Source: Desulfomonilia bacterium
GTDB lineage: Bacteria; Desulfobacterota; Desulfomonilia; UBA1062
Direction of reading: 5' to 3'
Length of the DNA stretch: 64,000 nucleotides
NCBI GenBank assembly: GCA_050014195.1
Contig: JBEKDT010000008.1
Location: 96,001 to 160,000 of the forward strand
The notes under the pieces are model-generated. The model ran no database searches. It had not been told where the DNA came from and worked only from the letters and a program-made list of their open reading frames with translations. This document shows positions 59,309-64,000 of the stretch, piece after piece (position 1 is the first letter of the stretch; each line of letters starts with the position of its first letter). The translations under genes were made by a program, and so were the position numbers.

Positions 59309-62300
59309 ATGACACACCCTAATGATAGAACGTTTGCAGATGTTATTGAATCAATAAAAAATCTCTACAGAGGTTATTCTATTGAAGATATAGCAACAAC
59401 TCTTTTTGTATCTCATCTCTGGTTACCCAATATCGCGAGTCCAGTGAAACATATTTTGTTTTCCATGATTCTTTGTTCCTTGAAGCCGGATGAATATGCA
59501 AAAACTTCAGCTATAAATAATTATTCAGAATTTCAGGAATTTTTGAATAAGCTATACATCCTAGCTCCTGACTTCATTATGCTGGAAGATTATGTTCCAG
59601 AATTGGACTGGGGAGAAGTTAAATTTCAACTTAATGAAAAAAGGTATCATATCTTTTATGGTTGTGACCTTTCTAATGTATTTGATTATCTCACTTTATT
59701 TCAGATTCTCTATGAACCAGTTGATCAAAAGTACATGGAATTAGCACATCGCTCTCCAATGAATGAATTAAAATCTATATTGTCAATACAGGACCAGATT
59801 ATAACAAGCATTTCATCCCAGCCAGATAGAAATGGGCTAACAGTATCACCCGGAGAGACAGGTATTCCATCCGAATCCTTTTGGAACGAAGCAGTTCATG
59901 TATATAAATTGCTCAACTTTGAAGAAATCGCCGGAAAAGATTTTCTTGAGAATTTCAGTATAAAATCGGGTGAATTACCTCCAGTGATTTTATCTGAAGA
60001 GAAATTCGGAGATGCTGTTGCAGATGACCGTACATTCCCTAATATTTTCGTTGAGCTTGATGGCAGACATTTCCTGATCTTACCAAGAAGAATGTCCGGG
60101 GTTCTTTTCGATACTTGGGGAGAATTATTAGAAAGATATCGAGCATCTATTATAAAGCAAGGAAGGCTTCTTGAAGTGTCAGTCGCAGGCGGATTCTGCC
60201 GATTTGTAAAGGAACGATTTTCAGAAGAGGTCTCACTACTGTTTGTATCAGCTCGTTCTGGAGAAAATACAGCGCATGAAATAATTTTTCCAGTAGTGAT
60301 AAAATCAAGGGATAAGCTAGTCCTCTTTTATATCCTACCCCCGTCTGAAGATGGGGAAGTTATAACTAGCTTACTTGCTGATATTTCCCCTAAGCTGAAG
60401 GAAGCAATTCAATTTCTTAAACAACCACCTACCCAGTTGATCATGCACCTCAAAAACCAGCTGGTCGAATTCCGTTCTGATAAAGAAGACGATGCTTTGA
60501 CCCCAGAGCTTTTCATACTCATCCCTCAAACGTACACTGGTCCGTTTTTAATTAAGTTGAAAGAAGAACCGCCCGGGAGAGTGCAATACATGGATTCCAT
60601 GCTCGCTATTCTTGATGAACTTTATAAGGTTGATGAACTTTCTGACTTTCTTGAGTATTTGGAGGAAATTGAGAAATCTTTTATGTCACCCCTAACTTCG
60701 TTACTCGATAAGTTCGCATCTTATAAAGATATGCATGGAGTTTTAATTGGTGGTGCTTTAACTCCCAACATGGTGATGATCGACCCCCATTGGGGTAGTC
60801 GTTTTCGATATGAGTCGCTAGCCAAGTTTTGGAGTCTTTATCCTGAGAGAGGTCTCTTTGGCAATCCACGCAGTTGGCAAATAATAAAGGAGGGTCCACG
60901 GAGGATTAGGTTAGCAGCAAGGTCATATTTTGGTTCTACACTTCATTTTAAAATAGGTAAGGTTCATGCCTTCTTTACAGCTCCATTTGATAAAATGTCA
61001 TTTGAACAGGGATATATCTCTAACTTCTTGATGGAGTGCGCTGAAGATAATTTATATCAATATAAAGATGTTATTGGAGTACATAGAGTTTTTGAGAAAA
61101 ATCAGGAGATCCTTGTCCTATTCTTTCCCTTTTCTCTTGTAAATATGAATACTGAATTTAAGCACTTATGGCACCTTAGTGCTGAAACAACAGCCTGGTG
61201 TGCTGATGTAAGTATCCTAGATACATTGACCATTGGTGTGAGAATTGTCTTCAATGAAGAAATAATCAGGCAATCTTTTTTGGAAATTCAGGATCGATCT
61301 ATGGAGGCTGCATTACTATTGGAGATTATGCGCAAAATTGATTCCCGTTGCCATGATCCAAAGATAAAGGGCATTATAGATATTATTGAGAAAGGGAAAA
61401 CAGGAAAACCAAGATTCATGTTCTTCACCGAAAAAATGCCGGCATCTTTTCCGGAGCTGATCAAGCCATGTCAACCTTTGCCACATCATTTCAAACTTGC
61501 GAAGAAACGACTTGCAGAATTAGCAATGCTTGCGGGCTTACCAGAGGGCAAGTACGATCTTGCTACTGCAAAAGACAAGCTGAATGTTCTGCGTAAGGAG
61601 GTGTTCACAGAGATCAACAAGATAGTGAAGGAGTTTAACTTTGAAAGTTCGATTCCAAAAATAATCGGCTGGGCGGATGCAATTTTGGATCGACGAGAAC
61701 GTGAGAGGATGACTATCGAGCATTCACTTGAACATGATGTGGATTACAACCGGGAAGAGCTCTATTCAAAGAATGAAGAGGATTACCTTCGAATACATCG
61801 TAGCTATCGTTATTTAATTGAGAAATTTGTTCAACTCCAGCCAGCCGGGAAGCAAGTCATTTCGGAAGAACAGGCTTGCCGTCTCCTTGCTTTCATTGAT
61901 TGGTTTTTTGTGATTATCCAAGCAAGCGACATTATACATTATGACATCAACCCAGTAGGTCTTACTATCGATCAAGATTTTCTAATTGAGGTTGAGTATA
62001 GTGAAGACATAAATGAAAAGGAAACCCAATTCGCTCAGGAACAAGCTCAGTTACGACTTGGGATTATTGGTAACACGAAGGATGCAATTAAATATCCCAA
62101 ATTTATTAAAGAGCAGATGCCAGAATTGGATGAAGCTTTTCACAAGGACTATGGATTCAGATTTACTAACCTCATTAGTGTAATGATTATGCTAACTCAT
62201 TGGCCAGAACATGCTGAGGCGGTTGTTGTAGCGCCGAGTTATTCTGCTACAAAAGATGAAATCGCAGTAGTTGCACAAAAAGCCATTGATAGCATTGGGA

Positions 62301-63079
62301 TTGAAGAGATCGACCCTATACTTGATTTTTTAACGCTTAAAAGTGATGAAGTATTAAGAGTGCTCAATGATGAACATCCATGCGATGATTTACCTGTATG
62401 GGAACACAAAAAACGCTTCGCACGCTATACAATAAGGCCATTAATAAAAAAAGATCAGAAATATATATGGGGTCCATATGCAACCCGTGGTGCAGGAATC
62501 ATCTGGTCAGGCTCTCCATCATCTGGTACTTTACCCATAGATATTGATAAGAAGAATATCGATCTCCTCATACAGAAATGGAAGCAACTTCTTGATAATG
62601 AGGTCGAAGTTAAAGCAGCCGAGATTGTAAAGAGATTCACGATGCATGTAATTCCTAGCGCAAAACTTCATCGTTTGGATAAGGCTGGTAATCATCCTAA
62701 GGATTTGGGAGATTATGACGTACTAGCATTTTACCCTCAAGCAAATACTATTCTCAATATTGAATGTAAAAATATTCTACCTGTCTATTGCATCAAGGAT
62801 GCGAAGACTCTGAGAGAAACAATTTTTGGAATACCGGGTAAAGATGAGGGGCATTTTCGTCAGATTAATAAACGACAGAAATATCTTATGGATCATTGGG
62901 CTACAATAGCAAGGGCTTTCAATTGGCCACTTGATCTAGAAAAACCCCCAAGAATTTTATCTCTATACGTGACACCGACTACATATTGGTGGACTCGATA
63001 TCCACCTCATAAAGTAAATACAACTTTTGTGCAAATTGAAATGCTAATGAACTTTATCGAAGGACTATCAGATAATTAA
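59309..63079 (+). CDS. Large hypothetical protein with C-terminal PD-(D/E)XK-like nuclease motif
   Basis: 1256-aa intact AT-rich ORF; AAGGGG RBS; GDYDVLAF...LNIECK near the C-terminus. Confidence 0.85.
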   Translation: MTHPNDRTFADVIESIKNLYRGYSIEDIATTLFVSHLWLPNIASPVKHILFSMILCSLKPDEYAKTSAINNYSEFQEFLNKLYILAPDFIMLEDYVPELDWGEVKFQLNEKRYHIFYGCDLSNVFDYLTLFQILYEPVDQKYMELAHRSPMNELKSILSIQDQIITSISSQPDRNGLTVSPGETGIPSESFWNEAVHVYKLLNFEEIAGKDFLENFSIKSGELPPVILSEEKFGDAVADDRTFPNIFVELDGRHFLILPRRMSGVLFDTWGELLERYRASIIKQGRLLEVSVAGGFCRFVKERFSEEVSLLFVSARSGENTAHEIIFPVVIKSRDKLVLFYILPPSEDGEVITSLLADISPKLKEAIQFLKQPPTQLIMHLKNQLVEFRSDKEDDALTPELFILIPQTYTGPFLIKLKEEPPGRVQYMDSMLAILDELYKVDELSDFLEYLEEIEKSFMSPLTSLLDKFASYKDMHGVLIGGALTPNMVMIDPHWGSRFRYESLAKFWSLYPERGLFGNPRSWQIIKEGPRRIRLAARSYFGSTLHFKIGKVHAFFTAPFDKMSFEQGYISNFLMECAEDNLYQYKDVIGVHRVFEKNQEILVLFFPFSLVNMNTEFKHLWHLSAETTAWCADVSILDTLTIGVRIVFNEEIIRQSFLEIQDRSMEAALLLEIMRKIDSRCHDPKIKGIIDIIEKGKTGKPRFMFFTEKMPASFPELIKPCQPLPHHFKLAKKRLAELAMLAGLPEGKYDLATAKDKLNVLRKEVFTEINKIVKEFNFESSIPKIIGWADAILDRRERERMTIEHSLEHDVDYNREELYSKNEEDYLRIHRSYRYLIEKFVQLQPAGKQVISEEQACRLLAFIDWFFVIIQASDIIHYDINPVGLTIDQDFLIEVEYSEDINEKETQFAQEQAQLRLGIIGNTKDAIKYPKFIKEQMPELDEAFHKDYGFRFTNLISVMIMLTHWPEHAEAVVVAPSYSATKDEIAVVAQKAIDSIGIEEIDPILDFLTLKSDEVLRVLNDEHPCDDLPVWEHKKRFARYTIRPLIKKDQKYIWGPYATRGAGIIWSGSPSSGTLPIDIDKKNIDLLIQKWKQLLDNEVEVKAAEIVKRFTMHVIPSAKLHRLDKAGNHPKDLGDYDVLAFYPQANTILNIECKNILPVYCIKDAKTLRETIFGIPGKDEGHFRQINKRQKYLMDHWATIARAFNWPLDLEKPPRILSLYVTPTTYWWTRYPPHKVNTTFVQIEMLMNFIEGLSDN

Positions 63080-63325
63080 ACTCGGAATTGGGTCTCAAGG
63101 AATAGTAGTGGAGCAATAAAAGGAAATTAATTTTTCTGTTGTATCTCACATTCATAAATAATATAAGTACAAGTATTGAAATGTTTTAATTTGTGTGAGG
63201 TTGGATGTCAAACGAGAGCTTTCCATGGTTTTCCTTTATCCCGGTAGTACATCGGGACCTGATGTAAAGTACGAGGCTACCTCCATGCACGAGCAGACCG
63301 AAGGGCTAAATACTTTACGAAGGAA

Positions 63326-63354
63326 AGGCGCACTTCCGCGTCGGTACCGACGTG
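63326..63354 (-). other. MOBQ-type origin of transfer (oriT)
   Basis: Minus strand: palindrome CGTCGGTACCGACG followed by GGAAGTGCGCCTT, resembling the RSF1010-family AAGTGCG^CCCT nick region; about 35 bp upstream of the relaxase. Confidence 0.75.
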
Positions 63355-63388
63355 TGCGAGTGCTGAAGACATAAGCAGGATAAGGTAG

Positions 63389-64000
63389 ATGGCGAACTAT
63401 CACCTCACCATAAAGCATATCTCAAGATCGACAGGACGAAGCGCTGTTTCAGCGGCAGCGTACCGGTCACGAGAGAAGCTCTATGATGAACGGCAAGGCA
63501 TAACATTCGACTATACAAAGAAGAAAGACCTTGCCCATGCAGAAATAATCCTCCCGGAAAACGCTCCGGAGAGATGGAAAGACCGGGAGACCCTCTGGAA
63601 CGAAGTGGAGAGATCGGAAAAGAGAAAAGACTCCCGGCTTTCACGGGAAGTTGAAGTAGCCCTTCCCAAAGAACTGAACCTCGAACAGCAGATTGCACTG
63701 GTACGGGAATATGTACAGACCCAGTTCGTGGATAAGGGAATGGCAGCCGATATCTGCATTCATGAAAAAGAAAAGAACCCCCATGCCCATATCATGCTTA
63801 CCCTGAGAGAGATTTCAGAAGAAGGTTTTGGCAAAAAAGTGAGATCCTGGGATGATAAAATCAATATCTATACCTGGAGAGAACAATGGGCCGTCGTCCA
63901 GAACCGGCACCTGCTTCAAGCTGGTTATGACATTCAGGTTGACCACAGAAGCTTTGTAGATAGGGACATAGATCTTGAACCACAAATTAAAATCGGGATA
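63389..64000 (+). CDS. mobA: MobA/MobL (MOBQ) relaxase, truncated by window end
   Basis: Translated by hand (absent from the ORF track): MANYHLTIKHISRSTGRSAVSAAAYRS...LWNEVE..EKRKDSRLSREVEVALPKEL...IH...NPHAHIMLT...VDHRS. Confidence 0.95.
   Translation, partial: MANYHLTIKHISRSTGRSAVSAAAYRSREKLYDERQGITFDYTKKKDLAHAEIILPENAPERWKDRETLWNEVERSEKRKDSRLSREVEVALPKELNLEQQIALVREYVQTQFVDKGMAADICIHEKEKNPHAHIMLTLREISEEGFGKKVRSWDDKINIYTWREQWAVVQNRHLLQAGYDIQVDHRSFVDRDIDLEPQIKIGI

Larger units (their letters stand above)
57318..64000. mobile_element. Integrative mobilizable element inserted at tRNA-Leu (continues beyond window)
   Basis: Integrase convergent on the tRNA 3' end, excisionase, AT-rich cargo, oriT and MobQ relaxase. 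Confidence 0.88.

Noticed and set aside
61375-61410. IEKGKTGK in the 1256-aa protein as a Walker A motif
   Set aside because: Lacks the first Gly/Ala of GxxxxGKT, and no Walker B context is visible
63236-63759. Short minus-strand ORFs at the window end
   Set aside because: Antisense to the MOBQ relaxase and oriT

Overview
Bacterial chromosome segment. Gene content and synteny suggest a motile anaerobic Desulfobacterota/Deltaproteobacteria member (inference). Core content in order: an EF-G paralogue with mog; scpBA, trpS and a site-2 protease; rluB and ihfB; a sigma54-controlled flagellar basal-body cluster (two NtrC-family activators, a large TPR protein, flgBC-fliEFGHIJ, a MotE/FlbB-like gene); a membrane HD-GYP phosphodiesterase; a PflX-like radical SAM enzyme and acyl-CoA ligases; alr; a dcw cluster (mraZ to ftsZ) with no ddl; an orphan histidine kinase; tol-pal; glgP; pyk; tRNA-Leu(TAG). 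Accessory DNA: (i) a ~1 kb AT-rich islet bounded by a 9-bp direct repeat and one IS1-like end; (ii) the start of an integrative mobilizable element at tRNA-Leu (tyrosine integrase, excisionase, oriT, MobQ relaxase cut by the window end) carrying a 1256-aa orphan with a C-terminal PD-(D/E)XK-like motif. Two candidate undescribed systems stand out. The first is that 1256-aa cargo, a possible single-gene anti-phage system. The second is a possible Ralstonia Phc-like fatty-acid-methyl-ester signalling circuit wired to c-di-GMP: a PilZ-like/PhcB-like methyltransferase plus a PhcS-like membrane sensor fused to PAS-HD-GYP, each preceded by a sigma28-like promoter. All family assignments come from motif recognition by eye, not from database searches.
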